Positions 1-13,300 of a stretch of DNA of 64,000 nt are shown one piece after another. A program made the translations under genes and the position numbers. Position 1 is the first letter of the stretch. The number at the start of each line of letters is the position of its first letter. The stretch covers positions 186,001 to 250,000 of the forward strand of contig JAYWIR010000047.1 in NCBI GenBank assembly GCA_036172245.1, read 5' to 3'. The stretch comes from Raillietiella orientalis (taxonomy: Eukaryota). The notes below the pieces were generated by a model. That model was not told where the DNA came from. It was given only the letters and a program-made list of their open reading frames with translations, and did not search any database.

Positions 1-232
1 TGGCGGCGTGCAGCGTCTTTACCGCTTGCCAGCCGTCGAGGAGTTGTTCTTCAGCACTGCTGTGGTGCAGGGAAGCTTCCATCCCGTAGCTAGCAACTGC
101 CGTTTGTACCTGCGCAGTGAGCGAACACGCTGCGGCAAGAGGTGAGGCTACTGGATGGGACTTGCAGCTCCAGTCCTTTAGGACGTCATTCAGAAGGCTG
201 AACGTGAGGGTTCTCAGGAGGCGAGGCTTTTC

Positions 233-425
233 CGGGGACGCAACTCCAGGTTGTCATCCCGAATCCCGACCGCCTTCCGCAACCAGACGTTTCGGTTCAC
301 TGGGGGGCAGTCGTCCTCCCTGAGCCTCAGCACTCCTTTCGATGGCCCCCGTCGGAGGCCGTGTGACTGCTGAGATTCCCACGCGTGGCACCACCTAGCG
401 TCGCGGGGAGTTCGGGCACTCGAGA
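233..425 (+). mobile_element. 5' fragment of the same SINE-like family
   Basis: GTCGGAGGCCGTGTGACTGC...CGCGTGGCACCACCTAGCGTCGCGGGG is nearly identical to 2259-2316. Confidence 0.65.
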
Positions 426-1344
426 AAGGGTGGAGGGCTCTCGAGAAGATGCCTCCCAACATTTCAAAAGGTGCGGAAGAATAGAGGGCGAGGGACAGGC
501 CACGATGGCTGCTGATCACAGAAGGGGGGAAGCAGAACAGTGGTCAGTCCGTTGAAGACGGGCGTCACACATGCGCACACATATGTACACATATCGCCTT
601 CTCGGCCTGTTGGCTAAGATCAAAGTGTACACATATACATGTGAAATTTAGTGTGTTGATCCGTGTTTCACTGTAGGCTGCCAAGAAAACAGAGATGCTG
701 AAAGTGCAAGATGAGATAAAGAGCCTTATCTCGGAAACATGGGGGCGCAATCTTCTGTTGAAGGATGGGAGGAGAGTGCTCGATGAGGGTTTCCTGCTCC
801 AAAGGGAACTCTGAAGGGAAGCTGCTGACCCGTCTGGATCAAGGTCTTGTTTCAGAGCTGCTGACAGCCTTATTGGCAGCACCTTCTCGGTCTCGTGTAC
901 GTCTGCAGCAAGGCGGCACTTGCTCTGTCGGCAAAAACGACGGAGAAGATTCGATGGAACGGAGGCGAATGCGACCCCGAATCCAGCGCTGGATGAACGT
1001 CCATCTCGCTCAGCAGAGGCTCTGGCGTGAAAAGAGGAGCCTCTGCCATTCAGTGATGCGGCGAAGAGCGAGAGAAGTGGGTTGCTCCCGTTTGGGGTGT
1101 GTCCTGTGGACGTTGGTGGGTGACTGCGTGCGGAAATGCGCGCGTGGCATTTTCGAGTCGGTAGGGAGGGAAGAAGGAGGAGTATGGTTACAGCAACGCT
1201 GCGATGGCAATGGTCGCGGAGCACAAACACTTCCAGGGCACTCAAAAAGCTGCTGCGAAGAGCTGGATGTTCCTGGCCGCCGGGGAGTGCGCGGACTCTC
1301 GTGTCTCGCTGGCCGAAACGGCAAGTAGCAGAAAGTTCGCAGCA

Positions 1345-4300
1345 TCACTGATTTCGGCTGCCGAAATCACTGATCTGGAGCAGCAGGAGCTCGATCTTTT
1401 TCTGGAGACGGTAAGGCGCGATCCTGACTTCCAGGTTCTCGAAATCCACGGCTTCGATTTCGTTCCTCCACACCTTGGCGCTCCCGTCGGCACGAGACAG
1501 CATCCTTTCGAAGAGGCTCGCAACTCCGCAGAACTCCCTGAAGGTCAGGCAACCTTCGCGTTCCAAGTCGGTCAGGGAGACGATTTCCTCGACGCAAGCG
1601 CCAGAGACCGATCTTCCCGCAATGCACGAAAGTGCCGTCCCCAGTCTCTGGAAAGATAGCGGGTCGCTTTTGCGCGCAGTACCGTTCATCCACCCCACCA
1701 CTCCGAGAAGCGCGGATGCAGTTGTTCTCAGCTGCCCCCAACCCAAGTCGTCTTTCCTGTTCCTTCACGTGAGACCGAAGCGGGGAATAGAGTTCGTCCG
1801 CTCCGGAGGCGCAGAAAGCGTGCCATTTTTACACGCATACGCGCTTAAATCCAAAAACGTCCTTCATCTCTACTTCCTTACACAGCTGGGAAGGAAGCCA
1901 AGTACTGCCGTCATCGACTTCGCGACCTCCTTGATCGGCCGACCCACGCCGGCCGAGACGATGCTTGCGGACCGCGCTACCTCCATGTCTTAACCCCAGG
2001 AAGTTTTCTGTTTGCTGTCGGTAAACAGCGCTGCGCTGTTCTTCTCACTAGAACGCGCCTGGTTCGTTCCTCCGACTACCAAACTCAGACACGGGGGACG
2101 TCCCGAAGAGGGTGGGAAGTTCCTTTTCTCGATCAGCTCCCGACGGCAGACGTGAGCCGGGGACCTCCGTTACCGACGGCGGTTGCGCGTGTACGCCAAG
2201 AACGCACGCTGTTCGCCAAGCTCGCTAGCGCGTCAGCGGACGGGTTCCTCCTGTCCGCGTCGGAGGCTGTGTGACTGCTCAGGTCTCCGCGCGTGGCACC
2301 ACCTAGCGTCGCGGGGGGTTCGAATACTCGGCAAGAATCGACACCGAGAGATGGGGGTGCGTCGCGGGTTCGAGTTCCTCCCGCAAGATGACGCTTGGCC
2401 TACATTCATTTGGGTGCCACGCCGGTAGTGGTTCAAACTGGATGCCCCGATGAGTGGCCGGGATTGGGAGTCGGCCTCCGAGTCCTTACCGGAATCAAGG
2501 AGTGGGGTTCCCTTCCGGTGGTGCAAAGGAGCAGAGCCCCTTGAGTGTGGGGAGCCCCTCCGGTTCGTTCAGATGGAGTAGGTGTGTAGCGACCTCTCCA
2601 GAGAGTGCCAAGAAGCGTGCCTCTCCCTTGGGGGGAGCGCCCTACAGAGAAAATTCGGAAGCGTCCCTTCGGGGTTCCCTTCAGAGGAGTAAACAGGAGC
2701 TGTTCCCTTGAAGATTCCCTCCGGAGAAAACAGCATGGAGCGGACCCCTTCGGGGGTCCTTCCGGAGAGAGTAAGGAAGAGGAGATTCCCTTCGGGGTTG
2801 GGAAACAACCAGGGATGAAGGTTTCCTTAGGGGATCCCCTCCCCAGGAGTGAGAGGCGAGCCCCTCCCGGGTACCACCCTATCTTGAAGAATTACACGTA
2901 CCCTCGGGTGGCGTGGAACAGTATCAAAGAGCTGCGTGGGCCGCCGTCAGGAACGCGACGGTTCTTGAGGTGCCCAGCAAACCAAAAAAAAAAAAGCTGA
3001 AAGGAACAGCGAAGACAGAAAGAACCCGAAAAGGTTTCCATCGTCCTTATGCGCTCCGTGATCTGGAAACAGTTGGTCACGTGACCTTTATGGTTCTTTC
3101 CCCCCTTCCCCGTTTTGCTAATTGGAACACCACCGGTTGTGCCGTCGAAATTTTTCCGCTTCGCCCTCGGTGCATCGGCGCCGTCGCGCGCTCCCGCAGC
3201 TGCACGGAGCCCGGCGCTACCCCTCCCTCCCCACGCCCTCCTGGTTGCCGCGGCGTCTCCCGAGAATCGCTAGTTGGAGTTTTCGCGTTTGTTCCCCGGT
3301 CGCCGCTCCACTCCTGCTCCACAAAGTCCCTCTGGAATACCCCCAGGGTGCTTTGCCGAGACGAAGACTCTTCCAAGAGGCCGCGAGGATCCTGCAAGGT
3401 CACCCCCGGAAATTGGTCGCACGGCAATTGGTCCAACCAGCCACGTGGCTGGAGAACGCTTGGAGGTAGCATCCTCCCGCGCGCTCCACATGCGTTGAGG
3501 TTGTATTCCCTTCGCAGGGACACGCGAACCTCTTCCCGACCTCCCTGACGGAGGGTCGATCTCGAGGCAGGGCTGGCATTTCGCCGCTTCCGACCTCGTG
3601 CCACTTCCCTGACTCCCCGTCTCGGGACAAATGCGAAGGTCACGTGCTTGGTTCCGTCAGGATGGCTTCCGGAGGTGGCGGCGGCGACTTCAGGAGGACC
3701 GAACGGAGGGAAACGCGATTTTCCCTGGAATTCTTCTTCCCGTAACGCTAGGGAGTTGTGGAACCTGCACCTGCGCGCTTTCGCTCCCAGCATCGAGCCG
3801 CACGTGCCTTTCCAGGGCAGCAGGAGCCCCCCACTTCAAGGGCGGCGTCACCTTGCGCCCACATTGGCTGGCGAAGGACTGGAGGTAGTATCAAGAGAGC
3901 AAATTGCGCTCCTGGTTGAGTCGAATGGGGGGAGGGGCGAGCCAGCTGGGTAGGCGCTCGCCCTTGCAGCTTTCCTGCCCATCCCCCAGTCCCGAGCCGA
4001 ATCCAGTCCTGCAGAGCTCTGAGCTTGGGGAAGGAGGAGGGGCGCCCACCCTCGGACGACATGTCCGGCAAGGTCACGGCCGTGTAGGATAATCGGCGAC
4101 GACACCTCTCTGAGCCAGTTCGCAGCCATTCTTGAGATTACCACGTCTTGCGGGAATTCCCCGGGGGCACCAACGAGCAGGCATCGCAGTCGTGCGCTGA
4201 AACGGGGACGCTTTCGACTCCGCCCGCTTCCGAAGAAAGAAACGCGCGGGTCCTCCATCCTGCGGTCTGCGTGCGACCGGGTCAGGGGAGGCAAAGGTGA

Positions 4301-7300
4301 CCGTGGAAGCTTGGCTCTTCCTTAAGGGTGTGTGCATATCCTCGAGGGAAGAAGAGCTCTCACCCTTCTCTCTACCAGAAGAGTAGGTGGTGCGCATTCA
4401 AGGAGGAGGCGCTGCAGATCCAGATGTCTCCTGACGGGCGTGGCTGCTGCCAACCTCAAGCATGATGACCTCCTCTGAGATCTCGCAGCTCCTGGAGGCG
4501 ACGGAAATGAGGATCGGACGCTCCAAGTCTTTCTTCCAGGTCTTCCAGGCTGGTGGCATCGCGGGTAAGGTGGGTGGGACCTTGGGAGCTGGGCGCGTTT
4601 GACCCGTAGGGAGGGGGAGTTGTAAGAAAAAGGGGAGAAAGAATGGTCAAGGCGACGGAGGTCAGGGAGATCGGATGGGTGACGGAAGTAGGATCGTTAG
4701 TAGGCAGTTCAGGTCATCTGTTGCGGAGAGGCTGATGCTGAGAGGGGCACGTGCTGCTCTTTCCGGAGGCATCGCTGGGATTCGAAGGAGGGTGGACGAG
4801 GAAGCAGAGGGGTAGGAATCGAACTAGAGGAGACTGAAGCTCAAGGGTGCTGAAGTGGGGGACCCAGCAACCTGCCGGTGCTGTCCGCGGCTCGAGGTGA
4901 GGGTGAGAGGGACAAAATTCGTGACACTAGGGGCCGCTTGGGACGGAGGAGTTCCTTTCGTGCCAAGCGATCCAGGGAAAAGCATCTCTCAAAGGAAGTG
5001 GTTTCGGGGACCTTTGCGAGAAGTGTTCACGGTTCTCTTAATTGGGAGGGGAGGAATAGGTGGGATCAGCAGCGACTGTAGGGCGCGGCGAAAGAAGAAA
5101 GAGGGAGAAGATTTTCAGGAGCCACTCTCAGTTGCCCGGGTTGCTCCGGGCAACGATGAAATGTCATCTCGAAGCGCATTTCCGAGTGTCTCTTCGCAGA
5201 TGCAAGGAACCCGCCAGTCCCGCGTATCTCATCCATGTCTGCAGGCACTCCAGAGAGTTCTTCCTCCTCTCGCGGGTTTCCGGCGGGACGTCCGTCTCCT
5301 CGATTTTCGACGGATGCGTTCCGACCATCGCGGCTATCTCCGCGCCCCACCTGCGGTTGGGTGCGCACGCCACCTGCGCCTATCATCTTGGAAATCGCAA
5401 GAATCTCGGGAGTTGCGCCAATTCTCCGGGGCACCTGGGCACACGGCTCTCCCACTGATGACACTCGGAGACAAGACCGTCCCGCATTTCCCGTTCTTTT
5501 CGAATTCGATGGTGGATGGTAGCCGCGAGCGCCAGGTGGCCTGGGAGACACGGTAGCCATTTCCTGGAAGTCTCCGGAACGAAATGAGTCTTGCCGGGTG
5601 GTTGGTTTCCTCGAGGCGATCCTTCATTCCTGGAGGCTTGCACTTGGGGCGCGCATCCTGCGCCATCATCTCAGGGCTCATGGCAACGCGCTCTTCCTTC
5701 CTTTTTTTCGGAAAGTCGCCCGCCGCCGCTGCGACGTAACCTTGCACGGCCGAGATCAGGGAGGCGACCTTTCGACTGATTGCGTTATCACACGCAGGAA
5801 ACACCCTCAGATAGTGAGTCGCTTGAGAGGTCGCCTGAGGCGTCTCAGGGTGAAGGTTCTTCCCCTGCCAGCGACCGGAAAAGCGTCCTCTCCGGAGGAG
5901 CAGCGCGCTCCTGACACTCCAGAGAGGCAATCTCGGAGAGCGGGGTATCAAGCAGCCCAGGGTGCTGTTCCATTTTCACAGCCGGAGCGAATCCCGAAAG
6001 GCTCTTGATTCCCGGACTCCGGAAGGTCCACTTCCAATCCTGACCAGTCGACGGGGGCATCCGGCTTCCGCTAGTGCCGCATGTGGGCCAGCCAGCGTCA
6101 TCTTTTAGGGGGGGGGAAGGACTCGAAACCCACGCGATGCACCTCCATCCATTTTCGGCGTCCATTCTCCTTGTGGGGGTTCGAAAACGCGACGCGCGGA
6201 AGCCGCAGCCTCCCGGCCGCCAACGCAGGTAGGTCGCACCGCAGCTCATCTTCCGGGGCCATGGACCACCATGATCTCATTTCTGCCTCGAGACGAACGT
6301 GATCCGCTGCCCACGAAGCTCCCGCTCAACGATCGATCCGCCGCGCTTCTCCCCCTACCCCGGGTCCGTCCGATTCCGCCGCTGGGGCGGCGCGGCTCCT
6401 GTCTGCCTCTTTCCCGCTGACGTCCCGAGTCCGTTCCTCGCGAGGCGCCCGCGAGCGCCCAGCCGTCCCGCAGAAATGCCGATCGCCGTGTTCTTTCGCA
6501 GCGGCGGCTGCCCCTCTTCTTCATCCTCCCTTCCCCAACACCTCGAGGAGCGACTCAAAGGGCGAGGGCCCGGGACCCCGGAGGCTTCGCTGCCTCTTCC
6601 GCATCTCGCCTAGTGCTTTTGTGTCACCGCGCATCCTCCTTACTGGAAGTCCCCCCCCACCCACTCCTATTGCGGGCTCGGATGACCCGTTCCGGGAGTG
6701 ACAGGGGGACGCCGCGATGTGGCGCGTTCCAAGAAAAACAGGAAGAGGAAAAACCTCCGGCGAACGAGAGGAATCCTGCGCTGGAGAGTGGGCGGGGGCG
6801 GAAGGCACCCCGGAAGGGGGACCGGTGAAGCGTGCTCACGAGGAGGACCCCGGACGTTCAGAAGAACACCTGGGCTACGTGGTTCGTTGACGCGGCACGG
6901 CCCAACAAATTCCCTGCACGAGCAGCAGCAGCACCCACCGTAGCATGGCGCGCATCGCAAGTTCAGGAGGCGCGCGGCACGGGAAAAATCCTTCTGCCGT
7001 TCCTCCAGTCCCTGCACCAGGACGGTCTGGGTCCGACTTCCGGATGATACGGAGAGGGCTGTCCAGAAGCATCGGGAGCTGATTGCGGGAGAACAGATCC
7101 TAAGCTGGGAACATCAAGCGCTCCATGGAGACGAAGGAGCCATCTTGTCGAGCGTCGCTCTCCCCACGTATCGTTTCGATCGTGGTTCGAGAGGTGGCAG
7201 GGCAGTGCAGAGGGATCGAGGGCCGAGGTCATGCCTCGCGAGAGGGCGAGGCACGTCACCCCTCCCCTCTACATGAGCCAGCGCAGTGAGAGGTGTCGGC

Positions 7301-10300
7301 GCAGCGGCAGGACGCGCGTGCTTGCGGGCTGGAGGTATTCCGTGACTCCTGATTGAGACCCCCGGGTCATGCGCGTTTTACGCCGTTCATTTGGCGAGGA
7401 GTCCTGAAGCCCGGGTTGAATCTCCTCCCCCCACCTTTCCCGTGATCATCGCTGGGATCGCGTGGGGCTTGGGGTGAAGGGAGGGAGGGCACATGCCAAG
7501 TTTGGAGCTGGCGCGGCAGCAGCTCTCTGCGTGGCGCGTTGCCATGGCTTTCCCTCACGGTCCCTAGGGGGGGGGGAGGTGTGGGCGGAGGAAGCGACCC
7601 GCCTCTGCTCTTCCATGATGGTTCGTTTCCGTGGCAACGGTCCTGCCGCGAGGCGGAATTCCAGAGAAAGGCATATACCCCCAGGAGGCAGGTGGTCCCG
7701 CGAAGGGAAGTGCCCGGGGTCAGGGAGATGCCCATCACGAGCGCTGCCTCCTGGTGCGCGCCTCCTCTCAGGGCAAGGAAGTGGGAAGAGGGACGAGGGC
7801 GGAGTCTCGCCTCGCCTAGGGGGTGGGCAGTGGCAGGGCAGCGCGTAGTGGACGCACATCCTGGGGGCAAGCGACACCTCCGCGAGTCATGCCCGGCGGT
7901 GAGACGGAGAAGTTGGTGAGAATTCCTTTGTGGCACGCTCACACCGGGACTCCTTCGAAGGCCCCATGATGCATCACGTGTCGTTACGTAATGTCGGTAC
8001 ATAATGTGTCGGCGGCTGGCGCATAAGATGCCAGTACATGAGATTCTGGCCGCCTAAATGCCCACTGAAATAATGGCATGTTCCCAGGATGTGCTACTTA
8101 GGATGTAACAGCCATCCGAGTTGAGCCACTTAAAACCGGCCCTCCTTCATGTGGCGCAGCGTGGGTAGGGCCGGTTTCAAGTGGCTCTCCTTGTAGAACG
8201 TGCCTGAGTCATGCAGGGCGCGCCCATGGCCGCTGCCAGCTGATTCACGCTGAATGCCACTGATTGATTCCTGCATGCCTGAAGCCAAACACGCTCGAGT
8301 AACTCGACAGTGATAGTAGCAATTATAGTAACAACGGCAATGCTGCTTTTCTTCATGCCATCCGCTCGGCAGAAGATTTGGGATTTGATCCCGGGACTTG
8401 GGGAGGGTGAGGGTAGGGTGTCTCGTTCCTTCTCAAGCCGTTCTGCTCGCGTCCGCAGCGACCGAGGACCTCGCGGCCCCTCTTGGTGCTGGGAGGCGGG
8501 GTCCCTCCGGAAGGAGAGACAGAGGCGTCACGCGCCCAGATCCTCCCCTTCTTCCCGGGGATTTCCCTCTTCCCTTAGCTTCCGGGTGATTGACCCACTC
8601 ACCCACAGGGGCAGGCTGCTCTTCCTCTCCTCCTGGCACATCCTGCTGTAGACGATCTTGTGAGCGAACGCCGACTCCGGGGACGCATGCGTGTATCTCT
8701 TCAGGTACTCCAGGGGCGTCATGCCTGGAACGGCACGGGGGAAACTGAAAGGCGGCGAGATGCTGGTGGTTGGGTGGTGCTAACCGCCTCCTCGCCTGAA
8801 CGGAGGGGGCGGCGGAGGAGAGTGGTTGGTCCTCTCGCTGCCTCGCACCCCACCCAGCCTCACCTCGCAGCCAGCCTTCGAGTGGAGCCGCGCCCCAGCG
8901 AGATGAGAGTGACGGTGGCGAACTCGTGCGGTGCAGTGGGGGGGAGAGCATCGCAAGCCTTCTCTCAGAGTCCAGTAGACGCGCCAAATGCTCGCGAGCT
9001 CTGCCGCGTGCCCAGGGCATTCGCCGCTGCTGCTGCTCGGGGTGCTGAGATGGATGACCTCGCGCTTCTTCGTCACCCCCGTCGCCCCCCCCCCCATCTA
9101 AGGTCCTGACGCCTTCTCACGCTTCTCATGGAAGCAGGAAGTCGATCCATACCGGTGGTGGAGGAGACGAGGGACCCCAGTGTAGTCTACGGCCCTCCTT
9201 CCGACCCATCTCTCCCGGAGCCGCTAGAGGAGCGCACCGAGAGAGCAGGTGAAGGCACTCCTTGGTCTCTCGTTCTTGCGCGCCGGACACGGCCGCAATA
9301 GTCGAATCGTGCGACTCCCGGGCGTGACAGGAGGGTCGCGGGACTCCAACCTCCGCTGCACCCCTTTTCATGGGGCCTGCCGGGCTGTCTCGCCTCATGG
9401 AGACGCGTCCGAGGTTTCCCGCGCGACGGCTGGTGGCGCGTGGGAGAAGCGACTCCTCCCGAAAGTTCCCGATCCCCTCCTGCCCCTTCCAAGTGACGGC
9501 CAGGGTGGGTTGCGAGAGGACCTTCCCTCGACGCTCCCGCTGCCGCTTCCCGTGAATCCGTCTTCTCCCCCTCCTTCAAATTTCCTTACTCCTCAAGAGC
9601 TCCAGATTCATCGGCAGCTCGAACCTGGTTGCCAGGGTGGTGTAGTTCCTGGGAAGTTCCATCCACGCGTTTTCCCTGTGAGGCTGCTTCCTGAGATCAA
9701 AGAAGTTTTTCAGGGACAGGAGCTCCTGGCTTTCCTCCTCCGCTCGTCCTTGACCAGCGTCGCCGTTGCCGGCGGGAGGGCGGCGGTGATGACCCTGCGG
9801 GGAGAAGCAAACGCGAGTGGTAAGTGATGACGTTCCTGTGCCCTTCGTTGCGGGATCTGGGAAGAAAGATTTTCAGAGTGAGCCGTTGAGACGGTAACCA
9901 TATCCCCGCGGGTCGTCATGCAGCCACACCTCCGATTCCTCCTCTCTCCATTTCTTTCCTCTTCTTTTGAGAAGAAGAAAAAGACTTTCATCTTGCGGGA
10001 AAGTGCCTCGAGAAGGGGGGAACTGTGCCCATGGGCAACGGGAGGGGACTTCTTCCTCCCCTGGAAGAGCTCGCCTTCCGCCTAAAAGGACGGTTCCTTC
10101 CTGTGTAGCACCGAAAGTCCCCATTTAGGGACAGTCCGGGATTCCCGGAAAGCTCCGTCCCAGATGTCTAGTCTTTGATGCGATTCCTTGAACGGTCAAG
10201 TTGGGACGAGATGCTGACCATTTGTAGCACCTTCCCTCCGGCGCTCTCAGTGACGCGATAACTAGAGACGGCAACGGAGGAGAAGAGGCTTCCTGCAGTC

Positions 10301-13300
10301 GGTCTATCTCTGGGGTGGAACTCTTTCAGTATCTGACACTGTGCGAGCAGAGAAGAACGGCCATCCTAAACGTTGCCCGCCTGCCCCTTCGAGAGCACCC
10401 CTGAGGCGTTCAGAAGCCGCTCGAGAAAGGAAGGAGACCAAACGCGGAGAACTCGCTGCCTCCCTGCTGACGGCCGACGTTCACATGACCGTCCGAGTCC
10501 CAATAATCAGCTCTCTGCACGCTCCTGATGGAGGAACCTCCCATAAGGCCCAAGAAGAACTGGTACCAACTAGAACTGTCGTAGGCGGAGGATTTTCGGA
10601 AATCGTCTGCCTACATCGATACCTTTGATCTTCCAACTTCATTCGGGAAGAACAAGTAGGTGGACATGAAGACGGCGAGGATAGTGAAGATTTTTATGAC
10701 CCCTTCATTCTACACGATCCCTCCATTCATTTTATGAACTCGCGTGCCTTTTCTGGAATTTTCAGCTCTTGTAAAACATCGTTGTTCCTGGAATCCTAAC
10801 GAACCAGCGATGAATGCTCCAACCGACTCCTGGATCCCTCTTGAGGGTGAAAAGACAAACTCATGGTTCCTGCTAATGGTTTCCTCCTTCTCCCGTCTTC
10901 TGGAACGCCTCCGAGTGGCTTTAAAATCAGCAGGATGTGACCAAGTGTTCGTGGCACCAGTCTCTCGTTTTTCAGAACGAGGTGAGGTAGCAGTGAGTGT
11001 TCCAGGCTGAATGGACCCTTGGCTGGCGGCCAGGATCTCCCAGTTTCCCTACATGACTTTCCTGATGTGGCTCGACCAAGACTTTGTGCCTCCCTCTGCA
11101 GAGTTGGAAGTGGCGCCCTGCATGCACCGTGTGGCATCGCTTCTTCCCAAAAGTGGCATCCACGGCAAGATCTTCTTCCCGTTTCCCAGATGGTGCCCGG
11201 ATAAGTAGGCGACTAAGCTTTTTTATCCAACTTCTTGCTGTGATCCACTGTTTTTTTGCCTACCATTTTTTCCTCCTTCTTCCTCTATTCGATAAAGAGT
11301 TACAAGAAAAGACACTCTGGGATTTTTTGCAACCCAATCTAACCAAGACAGCTAATCGATTGGTCTCAGCAGTGGTTCCAGATTTAGCAGTTTCATTCCG
11401 AAACTCCGTGCTGTGCTGCCGTCCACTCTTGTCGATACAACCTGCTTGCGCGACAAGCGGGACAAATGGGCAATGAACCTCAGAGTACAAGCGTGTAGTC
11501 GCTAATTGGTTGACCCTAGCAGACACATTTGTTCAGCTTTCCGTGCGAATACCGAGATGGTGTTTTCGTGTATCCAGGAAAGGGTAAAGGGAGGAGGAGG
11601 GGCAACTCATTTCTTAGGAGGCCAAGATACCTTGGCAATCCAAAGCTTTGCGGTTCAGACAGGGTTGTTCCAGAAGCGATCAACCCACCGTCCTCTTCAC
11701 GTTAATGCTCTTTGATCTCGAGATGATGCGGAAGAGCCGAAACTCTTGGCTTCTTCCACGTGAGCTGTTCAGGCCGCTCCTGTAACCCTCGATGGGAAGA
11801 TCCAGCCGGTGAGGCGAAGGTACATCGTCCACAGGGCTCTGTCGAGATTCAATCTCGGTCGTTCCATGGGTCAGCTGACTTGAAGAAGGCTTCGGGCTGT
11901 CCCTCCTCTTTGCTCCAAGTGACAGTGAACCTACTGCAATGCTGGCTGTCCTCCAGAGTGACGTATGAAGGAACACTGGTTTCTTTTCTTTCTCAGAGTC
12001 GGTGCTTGAAGTAAGCCATCACGTTTCTCGATTTCTTTTCTCTCTTCAAAATACTGTCGGGAGTGAATGCCGCTGACTTATCTTTCGACAACTTCCAAAT
12101 ATCGAATCCCTTGATTCAATTCCCGTGATCGGCAGGAGCTCATGATGTACGTCGCTGCATGCGTACACGCACAGAATCGCAATGCGAACCGCGAGGAAAC
12201 GAAAAGAATTTCTTCGCAGTTCCATCATCCAGTCCAGCGCTCAGACAGCAACTGATCTGCATCGGTGATAACCGCGGTTGCAACCTGCGGGATGTAACTG
12301 TGAAGCGATCGCCTGGTATTCTTGACGATAGCCAGTGCTGGATCTGGATGTTCAAAGCGCTTCTAAAGGATCAGGAAGCGAGGCGAACTCCAGGAAGCAC
12401 GGAAGTCTTAGCCCACGTTCGTTCCGGTTTCCGAACGTCCATCCAATGTCAGTGGTTGCCACCAGCAACGTTGAGTAAAGAGAGTCTCCTACGCCTGAAA
12501 CAAGAACGCGAGCAGCCTCGAGTGATCGAGTGATTTCTCAAGGAAACTGATCTATCGCTGACCTAGAGATGGGATCGAAGAGTTCCTTCACAGTCGGGCA
12601 TTTGCTTTAGTGTAACGAACGATCACGCTGTGTACTCGCAAAGTCTGTTGCCTTGAACTTTTGCTTCCGGCACGGCACCGCACGATGGCACCTCTTATCG
12701 GCTTGAGGATTCCAGGCAAGCGAAGACGGACGCATGATCCACGAAGGGTAACAGAAACGTGATCGCAAGGGAAAACTGCAAAGGCAGGGAGGCAGGGGAA
12801 ACTTTGGAAGGAGACGCGGAAGTGGCGCACGGAAATTCAGATGATCCTCTCTCAGAATCAGCCTGCTGTCCGTCAGTTGCAAAGCAAGGAAGCGCACGGA
12901 GGCTTGGCGGGAGAAAGGATGACAAGTTCGGAAAGTGTTTATGCAAGTCCAATAGAGGTGGGCATCAAACCGTCTCCATGGTGCACACCAACATCGAAGA
13001 TGGCGAGGACGCAAACAGTTTCAGAAACTTTGGAGACGGAGAGAAAATGCGCGTTTCTTGCACTCCATCAGTGGGGTAAGCTGATCGTGCAACCGACCAG
13101 ATGACCTCCGTTCTTTCCGTTCGAGCTGCGCGAGGAACGAAAGGCAAGCAAATTCTTTACCTCCGATTCTAAATGGTCCAGTTCGCATTTCAGATGCTCT
13201 GCTAACCCCTTTTCTGACTTGATCAGTTTCCTGCGGATTTCCTTTTTCCAGTGACTCCTAAGGTAAAGGAGATCTTCGCCCTCCAGTTTTGGACCATATA

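Noticed and set aside
2625..2850. CRISPR array
   Set aside because: Eukaryotic context, degenerate units, no unique spacers of constant length, no cas genes.
117..9579. Numerous overlapping Arg/Pro/Gly-rich ORFs as real genes
   Set aside because: Expected by chance in GC-rich DNA and without recognisable domains, apart from the exons assigned to the minus-strand gene.
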